Origin: Mustelus asterias
Taxonomy: Eukaryota
Direction of reading: 5' to 3'
Length of the DNA: 64,000 bases
NCBI RefSeq assembly: GCF_964213995.1
Contig: NW_027590175.1
Location: 744,001 to 808,000 of the forward strand
The notes below the pieces were generated by a model. That model had not been told where the DNA came from. It ran no database searches and was given only the letters and a program-made list of their open reading frames with translations. Numbering within the stretch: the first letter of the stretch is position 1; every line of letters begins with the position of its first letter. Position numbers and translations under genes: made by a program. Below, in pieces: positions 38,313 through 52,281 of the stretch.

Positions 38313-38529
38313 GTAAGAACCATGCCTTTAAATAGTCAGTGTTTTATTTGAGTTTTTGTTTTATACTTTTTCTCGATTTTATTAATTCATTCGTTCAATG
38401 TAATGTGGTTTGGTGGATTCTGTGCTGAAAATCTTTTCAATGTTTCATGTGATCCTGCTTAAAATGGGGGTTATAGAATTCTACTGTTAATTGACAAAAG
38501 ATGATACTGAGTGATTCAGTCTCTTGTTG

Positions 38530-40520
38530 TGATTTGGTGTTTATCTGCTGAGGACATTGTGTGGCTGGGTTACTATAAATGCCTTCCTTTTGTTAAACAG
38601 TTCGGCGTTTCTTCAATGTTTAATCTCGGTGACATCTAGTGGCTGCGAGTTGCACCATCTACTGCACAAGTGTTTAAAATCTAACCCAATATTAACAAAA
38701 TGTGTTAAAGTTTCTGCTTTAATGTTGCGAACATGTTCCGCTTAATCACAATCTGGTTTTGTTATGTCATTGTTGTGCTCATTTTAATCATTAGTTGCTT
38801 TGGTGATGGTCAGGTTGGCTGGATTTTAAATTGAGATTTTCTGCCAATGTGAAATTTGATTCTGTTGCAACTGTTTGTAGAATTGAGCTGCTTCTGCATG
38901 AACCGGGGTTCAGTCCCTCAGTGCTGCGTGTTTCTGGTGAGGAGGTTGTCTGTCTGGGTGACTTTGAATAAGTAAAATTTGTGAAATGGTTCGGAGATTC
39001 TGCATTGTTTACACTCGGTGACACTGAGCTGTTACACATTTTGTGATTGAATACAAACAGTCTGCGGGTTTTAAACTACTTGACGTGTGCCTGCAGACAG
39101 AAATCAGGCAGGCTTTATTGTATTTGTATTTTTTTTAAATCGGAGCTGATAAGTGCAGGTTAAACCAAACCACGGTTTATGCCACTCGTCCAAAACATAG
39201 TTTGCCACTGCATTCACAATTTGGGATACATGCCATGTTTAACCTCGGTGGCATCTGACGGCTGCAGCTTTTACCCACCCAATATTTAAATATGTTTGAA
39301 ATCTGTTTGAAATATGACCCAATATGAATAGAATGTGGTAAAATTTCAATATTAATTTGTTGGACATATTCCACCTCCTCGCAATGCTATTGCTCTTATT
39401 CCAAATTTCTGTTTAGTTCAATCATTCATATATTTGGTGACGAGCTGGTTTACCGGATTGAATATTGAGATTTCCTTGCAATCATATTTTTGATTTTGTT
39501 GAATGGATAATTGAGTTGCGTCCCCGTGAAACGGATTCATTCCCTCATTGATGTGTTTTGGTGTGTTTCTGTTGAGGAGGTTCTGTTGTTAGGTCACTAA
39601 GAATGTTTAAAATGTGTGAAATGTTTTGGTGTTTCTGCATTGTTTAAACTCGGTGGCACTGAGCGGTTACACGTTTTCTGGTTAAATGCAAATAATCTAT
39701 GAGTTTGAAAATCCTTGTAGGAAGAAAATAAGCAGGTTGTGAAAGAAATAAAATAAAGGTATTACAGCATTTTTATAAATTTTAACTAACTCTTAGAAAT
39801 TAAAATAAATCATGTCTTACAACGTTCAATCGGACACTAAGTAGTTGCTGCAAAAACAAACTTCTCATTAACAAGTTTGACAGTAAAATTAATATAAATC
39901 AAACTGTTATTAATCGGTAACATAACTACATATTCACAAAAGATTATTTTCTATTCATATCATTTCGCATTAATCGGCTTTAATAGTTCTGCTGTGCTTT
40001 GCATACAATTAACATGACCAAAAAAGTTTCTCGGCTGGAAATATTTTGTGATAATTCCAGAAACTATTTCACTGATAACATGCTGTTTCCACAGCAGCGC
40101 TCAGTTCAACAAGATACTTTGCATTAATTGTTATATCCCCGATGAAGTTCGCATTCACTTAAATATGAGTTTTGGTGAATAATTGGCAATAAAACGCTAT
40201 TTGGCAATTTTTGTGCCCGATTATTACATTGTTTCTGTGCAGGCGCAGCATTCCTTCCAAGTAATTTGTAGTTGGATGCAGAGATAATTAATCACTAATC
40301 TCATCTCAAAATTTGTGAAATGGTTTGGTGTTTCTCAATTGTTTCTGTATTGTTTCAACTCGGTGATCCTGAGCGGTTACACTTTTTCCCGCTAAATGAA
40401 AAAAACAAACTGCGTTTAAACATCCTTGTCAGGATAAAACAAACTGGTATCGGAAAAAATAAAACAAATATATATTTGAGCATTTTATTCATGTTAACTG
40501 ATGCTTGCAGATTAAAGTAA
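38530..40520. repeat. Degenerate ~620-bp tandem duplications at the 5' end of the J-C intron
   Basis: tgttt..ctcggtg motif at ~38617, 39005, 39237, 39640, 40350; second duplicated block 40540-40800 ~ 41850-42100. Confidence 0.7.
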
Positions 40521-43169
40521 ATCATGAATTACAATTCTTACTGCGTCACTGTATCTCTGTTAGGGACATTACACTACCCTGGATCGGTTATATCTGATGT
40601 GCACATTTTCAGAAAAAAAAATATTTTTTGCCTAGTTTTCGAGATTTGAGATAGACAGGGAGAAATAGTTAAAATTCGAAGGGAATTTTGAAATGAATAT
40701 CAGTTTAATTTAAAAGAAGTTATTGATTTTTGTTGTTGTAGTTGGAAAATTGATCAATTAGAATCTCACAGTTTAAATAAATTTGACAGAGTGAACACAG
40801 TTTTCTGACAGGTGGAATTCGCTAACACTAAACAATTGTTCATATAATGGTGTTTGAATTGTCGTAAGGTGTCAACAGAAACTGGCTCGAGATTTACAAT
40901 TTAAGACTTGAAATTCAATTAATTAATTTTTTATAATATTATCATATTTTTATATGAGTAATATTTGCGCTGCATTTAATAATAACATCCTGTCTCCCAT
41001 TACTGCTGAACATAGAATAGAATTATTGGATGAATAAATGACAGAATGGAAGAATTGATTCTATTTGAGCATTGTGTTTAATTAGTATTAAATATTATAC
41101 TGAAGAGAAAGTCTCGACTTATTTTGTGCATCATGTTTCAGTGTTGCAGAGGATTTGAATCAATTGTCCTCATTGTGTTTTTCATTGTTTAATTCAGAAC
41201 TTCTTAATTTAAACAATATGTTCAGTAATTAAATTATATGGATGGTCCAAATTATTAAATCTCGGAAGCAGCTTCATTGACCTCAAACTGCCAGGCCGTT
41301 ACAGTATATACAAAGTCAGAAACATGCATTCTTAACACGTTTGCAGGTTATAATAAGGCATTTGGAGTAAAAGTGGAAATGAAAAAACATGACAATGTTA
41401 TTCGATTGAAGCAAATGAATTACAGATGTCTGAATCTTTCCATTCAGTAATTTGAAGTTTATCGTTTAATATTTAATTGGAACCTAATTACTTCACAATG
41501 TTCGAGGCAGGGAAAGTTTTGAATGATTGAAAACTGATTTTATTAGGGAGTACAAATCAGCTAACAGGAAAAGTAACCGGCAATTAACAAAACAAAATAT
41601 AATATTGGTGCTAATTAATTCAAAACAAAATACCTTGAATAATGCACGGGCGTGCAAAGTATCATCCGTTTCAGAGAATGTTTAATTGTATCGAAAATGA
41701 ATTCAGAAACAAAACCTTTCTTTTATCAGCTATGCTTAGCTCGATAAGGTGTTTTACCTCGAATATTTTGTTGATTACATTTAATTAAGAAATTAGATCG
41801 AATCAGGTAATGATTTTCAATGTAAATGTTTCTTGGTTTATTTAATCCTTACTGTGTCACTGTATCTCTGTCGGGGACATTGAACTGTCCTGAATCTGTT
41901 ATTTTTGATTCCTAATTTTCAGCGAAATTACATTTTTACATAGTTTTCGAGAAGTGAGACAGGCAGAGAGACATAATTAAAAATCGACAGGAGTTTTGAA
42001 ATGAATATCAGTTTTATTTAAAAGAGGTTATTGATTTTCTGTTGTAAATTGATCATTGATCAATTAGAATCAAACAGTTTGAATTAAATTGACAGATTGA
42101 TCATACCTACCTGCTGGGAAATCGATTGTTGCACCGTTTGTGTCTGTTCTGTTTCTGCGCGCGTGGTCACTGTGTTGGGACCAGGAATCTGCCTGACTGG
42201 TTGTAAAACTTCTGGTTCCTTCTGCTGTATTTCAGGGAGTGAAATTTGATTTATTTCTTCAATAAACTTGTATCTGTGAGAAATGTGACAGTTTGACTTG
42301 ATGTTTGTCTCGGCGTCTCAGAAATGAGATCCCTAAAGCATATTGTGACCATCAGAGAGAGCAGAAACGTCAGATTGTAGAGGGAGATTTGGATGATTTT
42401 TAACCAGTGATGTACCGGCCTTGGGAATGTTCGATGAGCAAATGCAAAGTGAGATTGTGCTCCGTAGTAAAGCAGTCCATGACCTGTTTGGTATGACAGT
42501 TGAAGGGTCAAATTCATTTGCATCTTATTTTTAATCTTCTAAACCCATTTTAGAGTCATTTGCTCGGCCAGAAGTTTTAATCATCAATAATTGTTCCTTG
42601 AGAAAGTGTTGATATGAAGCATCCTTGAATAACTGCAATCCATATGCTGCAGGCATCCGCCGTGCTGTTAGGTGGAAGTTCCAGGATTTTGACCCAGAAG
42701 GAACTGAGGTATTGTTTCAAGTCAGGATGGTGTGTGTCTTGGAGGGGAGCTTGCAGGTGGTAGTCTTCATATGTGGCTGCTGCCCTTATCCTGTTAGGAT
42801 ATAAAGGCAACGGGTTTGGACAGTGTTTACTATGGAGCCTTGGTGAGTTGCTGCAGTGCATCTTGTATATAACACACACTGCTGTCACTGCTTGTTAGTG
42901 ATGGAGAGAGAGAATAGGGTGAATGAGGGGGCGGATAATCTTGTGGGTGGCTTTGCCCTGGATTGTGTCAAATTTCTTGAGTTTTTACAGGTTTCCCTCA
43001 TTGAGTAGGGTGAATTATTCAATTGCGACTGATTGCGAAAGATTTAAATGTTTTTCCAACCCTTGGCCCGCGCTCCGTATTGTGCTCACTTGTCACTCCC
43101 ACTTACTGTGTGAATGGGTGAGTATGTGTGGAGTGAGTGTGTTTTCCAGACTGAATCAGCCAAATAGAG

Positions 43170-44201
43170 ACTTATACACATCACACACTCTCACACACAT
43201 AAATACTCTCATATTCTCTCACACATGCACACACACACACATACATACTCACACTTACTTTCTCTCTCATACGGTCTCTCTTACACACCCATACACATTC
43301 TCTCTCTCACGTTACACATACACTCTCTCAATACAAATACATACATCGTCTCGCTCTCTCCATCAATCTCTCACATCCCCATACACAAAAGCGCTCACAT
43401 CCCCACACACCCACCCATTCTCTCTTACACACAGACACACACTCTCACATAAGCACAGTCTCACACTCTCGCGCACGCACTCTCACATGGACTCTCTCTC
43501 TTCCACTCTCTGTCACACACGCTCAAGCTGTCTCACATTTCTTCACACGCTCTCTCACAATTCCTCTTGCACACGCATCTCTCTCTCTCACACACACACA
43601 CGCACATATTTCTATTTCTCTTGCGCACACTATCTCACACCTCTACATTCTTGCTCTCACACACTGGCTCTCTCACAAACACTCTCACAAACATAGAACA
43701 TGCACACACTCTAACACACACTCTTACACACAGACACGGTCTCTCACATAAGCACAGTCTCGCGCACACATTCTCTCTCTCACACACACACATGCACTAT
43801 CCCTCTCACATTCCCTCTTCCGTACACTCTCACTTCGTCTCACACACATTCCCATGCTCTCACTCATACGGACACTTGCACACGCATTCTCTCACACAGG
43901 TACATATTTCTCTCTCTTTCACCCGCTCACTCCCTTACACATTGTCTCACACACGCACAATCTTGCTCTCAAACACTGTCTCTCACAAACACCCTCCCTT
44001 TCACACGCACACAATCTCGCACACAGTCTCTCCTTCTCTTACACACGGACACACATGTATATACAATGTATCTCTCTTTAAACACTCCACCTATCACAGA
44101 CACATGTTCTCTCAACAGTCAATTCACTCACACACACTCACGCATCCACTCTGTCTAAGTTTCACACTTTTTCTCGCTCACACACACTCTCCCCGCCCCT
44201 C

Positions 44202-44237
<36 letters not shown>

Positions 44238-44870
44238 TACACTCAAACACCCCACATTGCTTCTGTCATCCACACACATTGTACAGATCTTTCTCACTCA
44301 CACGCCATCCCATGCACAGTGTCACACACTGATGAACATATTATTTTGCTTTCCAATAGGCACTCCCTCTCACACACACTGTCTTTCACATGAACACAAC
44401 ACTCTCCCTCACACATAACCTCCCTCTCAGGCACACACACTCTCTTTCACAGACATCGTGTATCTCAAATAGACACACTCCCTTTCACATCAACATACAC
44501 ACCATCACACACAGAAGTACTCTTTCACACAGACTCCCCACACACACTCTCCCCGCCCCTCCACACACATACATTTTCAAGAAGAGACACACTCTCACAC
44601 ACAAAGAATAATTCTTCAAACACACATTCTGTCTCACACACACACACATTATCTCACACACCCCTTCTCTCACGCACACTCTCCCCTCTTGCACGCACAG
44701 CCCACTGTCTCACACACGTGCAAACGCATTCTATCATACACAGGAATCCTCACACACACATTCTCTCTCTCTCTCTCTCTATCTATCTCTCCCTCTATCT
44801 CTCTCTCCCTCTATCGCTCTCTCTCGCTCTCTCTCACACACACACACTTTCGGTCTCACATACGTCAGAG
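43170..44870. repeat. (CA)/(CT)-rich low-complexity tract
   Basis: Direct reading. Confidence 0.95.
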
Positions 44871-44886
44871 TGTCTGTCCTTGACAC

Positions 44887-45203
44887 CATAGAGTAGAATC
44901 ATAGGATGCTACAGTGCAGAAGGAAGCCATTCAGCCCATCGAGTCTGCACCAACAGCAATCCCAGCAAAGCCCTATCCCCATAACCACATGTATTTACCC
45001 TAACTAGTCCCCCTGACACTAAGGGGCAATTTTAGCACGGCCAATCCACCGAACCCATACATCGTTGGACTGTGGGAGGAAACAGGAGCACCCTAAGGAA
45101 ACCCAAACAGACACGGGGGGAACTTGCAAACTCCACACAGACAGTGACCCAAGTCGGGAATCCAACTCTGAGGCAGCAGCGCTAATCACTGTGCCACCGT
45201 GCC
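44887..45203 (-). mobile_element. HE1-like SINE
   Basis: Reverse complement of ggcacggtggcacagtgattagc... Confidence 0.85.
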
Positions 45204-45799
45204 AACGCACCCCCCCCCCCCCCGACGCCCCCCCCGACTCCCCCCTCCCCCACCCCCACCCCGGTAGCATTTGAATGAGGGTGGGATCAAGGGGCCCGAG
45301 TAAAACTCAAGTCAATAAGAATCGGCGGGAAATTCTTCTCTGTTTGGAGTCATACTTAGCACAAAGCAACATGGTATTGGTGGTTGGAGGTCAAACATCT
45401 AAGTTCAGATTTCACTGCAGGATGTCGGCAGGGGACTGTTCTTGGACCAACAATCTTCTACTGCTTCAACAGTGACATTCCATCCAACATGAGGTCAGAA
45501 GTAGGAATTTCCATGTGTTACACCGGACACAAAAACCCAAAAAATAAAAAGGGAATTGGCTGAGACCATGGCCGCCTGGCTCCCAATACTGGTTGATTCC
45601 TGTGCGACCCATCCTAGTTTTGCTGTAAGCTTCCCTACAGCTCCCTCAGTCTGACTATTTGTTCACTGGTACGTGTTTCTTGAAGAAAGACACCGACATT
45701 AAAGCAGCTGCCTGGTGATTTACACATCCGTGTTACTGAAAGCTGATCAATGTGGAGAATCGGGAAAAGATCGATGGAGAGGAAGAGGTGGAGGTGGCC

Positions 45800-47303
45800 C
45801 ACTGACTCTCTCACCCTCACCCACACTTCCTCACTCACCCTCAATCTCTCATCCTCACTCAAAGAACTTGACTCACTCACCCTCACTTACCCACCTTCCC
45901 TCGCTGACACACTCTCACTCATTCATCCCCACTCACAAATCCCAACTCACTCATCCCAACTCACTCATCCCAACTCACTCACTCTTGCTCACTCATCCAC
46001 CCTCACACACTCAATTTCACACACTCAACCTCACACACTCAACTTCACACACTCAATTTCACGCACTCAACCTCAGAAACTCACTGATCCTCATTCACCC
46101 TGAGTCACTCACCCTCACACCCTCACTCACTCAAAATCACTCACACACATTCGCTCTCTCACTCTCACCCATCCTCACTCACTCACCCTCATTCACTCAC
46201 ATTCACACCCTCATTCACTCACCAGCACTCACTCACTCACACTCACTCGCCCTCACACACTCTCATTCACTCACTGTCACTCAGTCACCCACACTCACAC
46301 GCTATCACTCACTCAACCTCACTCACTAACCCTCAGTCACTCACTCAGAGCCTCAGTCACTCACCAACACTCATAGTCACCTTCGTTCACTCATCCCACT
46401 AACCCACCCTCACTCACCCAGTCTCACTCACTCTCACTCACTCAGTCCACTTATCCACCCTCACTTATCCAGTCTCACTCACTCTCACTCACCCTCACTC
46501 ACCCCACTTACCCACCTTCACTCATCCAGTCTCAATCACTCTCACTCACTCACCGCACTTACCCTCCCTCACTCATCCAGTCTCAATCACTCTCACTCAC
46601 CCTCACTCACTCTCCCCACTTACCCACCCTCACTCACCCAGACGCACCCCCACACACTCAAGCTCAATTACCCTCTCTCTCTCACGTACGCCACCTGACC
46701 CATTCAAACTCACTGAGACTCACGCACCTACATTCACTCACACACCCTCACATATTCACCATCACTCACGTTCACCCACCCTAACTCACAGATCCTCAAT
46801 CACTCATCCTCAGTCAAACACCTTTACTCACTCACCTTCACTCATCCACCCATCCGCATTCATTCTCCCTCACACACTCTCACACACCACCCTCAATAAC
46901 ACACCCTGACTCACTCACTCTCTCACCCTCACTTACTAAGTCACATTCACTCCTCACCCTCATTCACTCGCTCTCACTCACCCACCTTCACTAACCTTCA
47001 CGCATCCTCACTCACTCACCCTCATTAATTCTCTCTTACCGACACTCACTCACCCACCTTCACTCACACATTAAGCCACCTTCACTCACCCACCCTCTCT
47101 CACACACCATCATTTACTCACGCTCTCTCACCCGCACCCACACTCACTCACTCACCCTCAATCACTCATCCTCACTGAAAGAACTTCACTCACTCACCCT
47201 CACTTACCCACCTTCCGTCACTCACACACCATCACTCATCCACTCTCACTCCTTCAATCACTCACCCGCACGCACTCACACTCTCTCACTCACACTCGCT
47301 AAA
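45800..47303. repeat. (CACT/TCAC)n C-rich low-complexity tract
   Basis: Almost G-free top strand. Confidence 0.95.
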
Positions 47304-47429
47304 CCTGTGTGTGGAGGTCTGCAACGAGAGAGAAGAAAGATCTTAAGCGGCAGTTTGGTGTTCAAATGTGGGAGCTGCCCTGCGAATGTGGAGAGCTGGG
47401 GGGAATCCCTGGGGGCTCAGGGCCAAGGA

Positions 47430-47995
47430 CAATGGGAAAGAGCCGGGGAGAACAGGAGGCGTGTTAAAGGGCAGAGAGCCGGGGGGGAAGGGCAGAGAGC
47501 CTGGGGAATGGGCCCACAGCCGGGCAACAGGGCTGAGAGCCGGGAAAGGGCAGAGAGTCAGGAGAAAGCGCAGAGAGCCAGAAGAAAGGGCAGAGAGCTA
47601 ATAGAAAGGGCAGGGAGCCAGGTGAAAGGGCAGAGAATCAGGGAAAGAGGAGAGAGCCAGGATAAAGGGCAGGGAGGCCGGGGAAAGGACAGAGAGCCGA
47701 GGAAAAGGACAAGATAGCCCAGAGGAAAGGGCAGAGAGTCAAGGGGAAAGGCAGAGAGTCAGGGGGAAAGGGCAGAGAGCCAGGGGAAAGGGGAAAGTGG
47801 ATAGGGAGCAGGGACATCGGGCAAAGAGCCGGGGGAAAGGGTAGGGAGCTGAGGGAAAGGGCAGGGAGCCGGGGGAGAGGGGACAGAGCTGGAGGGAAGT
47901 GTAGAGAGCCAGGTGAAAGGGGAAAGGAGCCACAGGGAATAGCAGAGAGCCAGGGAAAAGCGCAGAGAGTCGGGGGAAATGGGCAGAGAGTGGGT
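47430..47995 (+). repeat. G-rich ~20-bp minisatellite, consensus GGGCAGAGAGCCAGGGGAAA
   Basis: About 27 degenerate units read directly. Confidence 0.92.
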
Positions 47996-48968
47996 GATCG
48001 ACGGGCGGAGTGAGGATGTGCAAAATAGAGCTAGCACCACAACCAGATCATCTGTAATCTCAGTGAATAATGGAGGAGACGTCAGGGCCCGAATGGCCAA
48101 CTCTTGCTATTAATGTATGACCCTTCAATTAGTCAATGTTGCAATTATTTGAATTTGTAATCACATTTAGAGTTTCCTGGTCATTCAGTAAGTATTCATT
48201 CCGAAGGTAGTTTTGAAGCAAAGTCACTAATCTTCATTTTGTGGAGTGAGAGGCTGTGAGTTGGAGAGAGGAAGGGGCATCAGTTCGTTTGAACACAGGC
48301 AATAGCCAAAACTACAATGTGGATATGCCGACGCTAGGTTGGGGTGGGCTCAGTAAGGAGTCTGACAACACCAGGTTGAACGCCAACAGGATTATTTGGA
48401 ATCGTGAGCTTTTGGAGCTCTTTCATCAGGCGAGTGGCTGATATGAATGAAGAGACAACTTCTTCATCACAAAGTCCTGTTGTTTGAGAAATAGGTAGTG
48501 CCTGAAGTAATGGAGAAACTCTTTACACTTCTCTGTTAATCCAATGAATGGTATGTCATTACAATGACATCAAAATGTTTTTGTCTTTCCAACCTGATAG
48601 AGGTCGAGACAGTGATGTGAGTTTCTACAAAGATGGCGATTCTCAAATGATAGGAGTAACAGAAGCTGAAAGGTGTATGTAGGTCTTAATCGGGAAATAT
48701 TAAGTTAAGTTCATAATTCTAGACAAATCGTGATGTAGAAACATAGAAAATAGAAGCAGGAGTAGGCCATTCGGCCCTTTGACCCTGCTCTACCATTCAC
48801 TTTGATCACGGCTCATCAATGTCCTGACCCCGCCGACTACCCATATCCATTGATCTCTTTAGCCGCAAGAGCTATACCTAATATAGAAACATACTTGTAT
48901 AAATATGTTTGATTAATTAATAAACGCAAGTAATAGTCTAACTTGTTCAATCGACTATTCCTTCCCAG

Positions 48969-49268
48969 CGACACCGTCTCCGCCCACTCTCTACAGCCTC
49001 GTCTCTTCCTGTCAGCAACACAACTCCGCTGGCTCCATCACCTACGGCTGTTTGGCGATGGACTACTCTCCAGATGTCTCCAAACTGACCTGGAAGAAAA
49101 ATGGGCAGCTGATCGCCACTGGATTTAAGACTTATCCATCAGTGAGAAACGCGAAGGGAACCTATACCCTAAGCAGCCAGTTAACCATCACCCAGTCAGT
49201 GGGAGAGTGCAGCAAAATCGACTGTGAGGTTCGACACAGCGACTCAGTCAAGAGCATTGGAATGCAAT
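48969..49268 (+). CDS. IGHM: IgM Cmu1 exon
   Basis: cccag|(A)[16 protein letters not shown]...[10 protein letters not shown]...WKKNG...CEVRH...|gtaag; phase 1/1, 300 nt. Confidence 0.97.
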
Positions 49269-49409
49269 GTAAGTGTTGTGGAACTTGGGCAAGACAGGAA
49301 CGCTGTGATTGAACTCTATAAGGCCTTAGTTATAACTGATCTGTAGCATTCTGAAAAATTGAATTATGCAAAATCCAGGTAAGTGTCTACTGACTGAAAA
49401 GTTGCTCAG

Positions 49410-50170
49410 AATCAAAGAACAACAGAAATGATACTGTGCAGAATGAGGTCATTTAGCCCGCCATGTCTGTGCTGGCCAAAAGGGAGAACAAATAAACTAG
49501 CCAGACAAGTTAAGCCTATTTTCCAGCCCCAACTCCGTAGCATTGCAGCTTAAAGCACTTGAGATGCAGACCTAGATACCTTTTAAATGACCATGCTCCC
49601 TGGTAATTGAGCCCTCCACTTGGGGAATGAATTATTTCTGCCTACGTCCTTTATTTGTTTTGTGAACCACAATTATGTCACGCCTCAGCCTCCTCTTTTC
49701 CTAAAGAGAACAAACCCTGCCTGTCCAATCTCGCCTCATGGCTGCAATTTTTAGCCCCTGGCAACATTCTTGTAAACCTCATCTCTCTCCAGAGTCACTT
49801 CGTTATTCCTGCATTGTGGTGACCAGAACTGTACAGCAACCTCCAAACTTGGCCAAACGAGGTTTTATACAGCTCCATCATTGTATCACTGTTTTTGCAT
49901 TCAATATCTCACATAACAGAGGAACTAATCCGATATGCTTTCTTGATCAACTTTTCCAGCTGCCCTACCATCTACAAGGACCTGTGGACGTGCACTCTAA
50001 GGTCTTGCATTTCCTCAATCCCTCTTAACATTCCAGTTTATTGTCTTGCTTTGTTTTCCCTCCCCAAATGCATTGTATGGCACTTTTGACGGATGAATTC
50101 CATTCGCCATTTCCCTGCCAATTCAACCAAACCATGGATATGATTCCCAAATCGGCAGCTATGGTGCTTA
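49410..50170 (-). mobile_element. Old CR1 fragment in the Cmu1-Cmu2 intron
   Basis: Reverse complement of CR1 3' region (gtggtgaccagaactgtacagcaacctcca). Confidence 0.65.
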
Positions 50171-50240
50171 AATAAAAGAACTAATTTTAATTGATGTCAA
50201 TTAAATCTTCAAGTAACGTCTGAACATTTGTTTGTTGAAG

Positions 50241-50552
50241 GCCCAATCGTTATCACCCCAACCGTTATCCTCACCGTGAGTTCCAGTGAAGAAATCACAA
50301 GCAGAAAATTTGCAACCATCGTCTGTTCAATCATCGATTTCCAGCCAAAGTCAATGACGGTGAAGTGGCTGAAGAATGGACAACGCATGGATTCAGGAAT
50401 TATCACCTCTCCCGCCTGTGAAGTGAACGGGAACTTCTCGGCCAGCAGTCGGCTGACAGTCTCCGCTCAGGAATGGTTCAGCAAAGCGGTCTATACCTGC
50501 CAGGTCACTCACCAAGGATTCACTCAGAGTCAGAACATCAGCGGATCTCTGG
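50241..50552 (+). CDS. IGHM: IgM Cmu2 exon
   Basis: gaag|(C)[11 protein letters not shown]...[12 protein letters not shown]...WLKNG...YTCQVTH...|gtaag. Confidence 0.97.
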
Positions 50553-51469
50553 GTAAGAGACTCAAACCGAGAAAAAAATTATTCCGCTGTTAATGGAAAT
50601 TAGGGATCTATTAAAGTTAATACAAAGCATAGAACAACTTCTAAGTTATTGTCATGTAGTTTGCTGCATTGGGACAGTGCCCCATTCAGAACTTCATCAC
50701 AACATCAATTTTTGTTATTCCTTCATGAGATGTGCATTTGTGGCCCATCCCGGATACCACTTAATTGTCAACCACGTTGCTGTGGATCTGGAGTCACATG
50801 CATGCCAGGCCAGATAAAGACAACAGATTTACTTTTCTGAACGGCATTCGTGAACCAGGTGGGCTTTTGCAACAATGGCTTCATGATGATCATTTGACTT
50901 TTAATCATAGATTTTTACTAAATTCAAATTTCACCATTTGCAGTGGTGAGATTCGAATCTGTGTCCCCAGAGTCGTGCCCTGGGTTACAAGACCATTGGT
51001 AACACCACCATGCCACTGCCTCCCCTTGAAATAGTGTTCCCTTCCATTTTGAAGTAACAGAGTAAGCGAGCTGGTCTTGATGTCAGCTTTTTCCTGAGAC
51101 AGCTGGTAAGATTTGGAGAGACAGTCGGTGTCGGACTGTTTCACAGGTCACAGCATAGGGGTAAAATATTGGGAAGTGTATCCACCCTACTTATAAACTA
51201 ACTGCCAGTACTTGGTTCCTGAGTTCAGGAATGCTATATTTGTTGGGGAATACTGCAATGTTGATTCATGAGAATGATACCGCTGCTAAAATACTTGAAC
51301 AAAAAGAGAATAATTTCACAGAGCAGGCTGGTTTTCCATCCTCCAGAGAGGTTGAAAGGTGATAGTTAGAGGTTGATATATCGAAGGCAACTTCGTCTCC
51401 TTCAGGCTGAAGACTGCTGTCCTGCTTCTGAAGAGGGAACTAGGGTTGATTTTCATTTTTCATTCACAG

Positions 51470-51778
51470 ATCCTCCCCAGTGCCCTGATACCACAGTGAC
51501 GATACAGCCGCCACCAATCGAACAGGTCTTACTGGAGGCGACCGTGACCTTAACCTGCATCATTTCTAATGCTCCCTATGGAGTCAATGTGTCCTGGATC
51601 CGAGACAGGAAGTATTTGAAATCAGAGATTGCCGAAAAGCCTGGAGCGGATCCTGACAGCGTGGTCAGCAACTTAAACATCTCGACACAAGCCTGGCTGA
51701 GTGCGGCTGTGTTTGACTGCGTGGTGAGCCATCAGGATCTGCCGACTCCTTTAAGAAAATCCATCCACAAGGAAACAG
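51470..51778 (+). CDS. IGHM: IgM Cmu3 exon
   Basis: acag|(D)PPQCPD...[17 protein letters not shown]...VSW...[13 protein letters not shown]...|gtgag. Confidence 0.97.
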
Positions 51779-52281
51779 GTGAGCTGAGAGATTGAAGCAA
51801 TAAATGCGTCACTGTGTCTATTTCCAGTGTCAGTGTACTGGTCAATATTCCAGTATTCAGTGCATTAATGGTCTCCCCTGAGTGGAAACTCCACTAACTA
51901 AAGACTGGGGGTTTTAGATATTTTTACGGGGAAATTTGATGTGTTGATGAATGAAAAGTGAACTGAAGGCGATGTTATTGGGTTTAGATCGAATAACGAG
52001 GGAGGAGCCTGATGTGGAGCATAAAAACCAGAAAACCAAAAATAAAGCCGATCAGTTGGGCCGAATAGCCTGATTCTGTGCTGTAAAATTTCTGAAACTT
52101 CCCAGTCCAGCCCCCTGAGTTATTTGAGAAAATAATTGTGTTCACCTCTGCTCCAAACTGGGAGTCAAAAATGGAAACATTTAAAATCGAAAGCGAAGCA
52201 CATTTTTCTGATATCTCGCCAGTGGTTACATTCTCTCCGGAATTCTCCAGTTTATTGACATTTATTGTACATTTTCTGCAG

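Noticed and set aside
40545-40556. CACTGTA heptamer-like motifs (also ~41859)
   Set aside because: No nonamer and no J-like coding sequence
42923-46329. Long His/Thr/Ser/Leu-rich ORFs (257, 283, 204 aa)
   Set aside because: Translations of CA/CT/CACT low-complexity DNA inside the J-C intron
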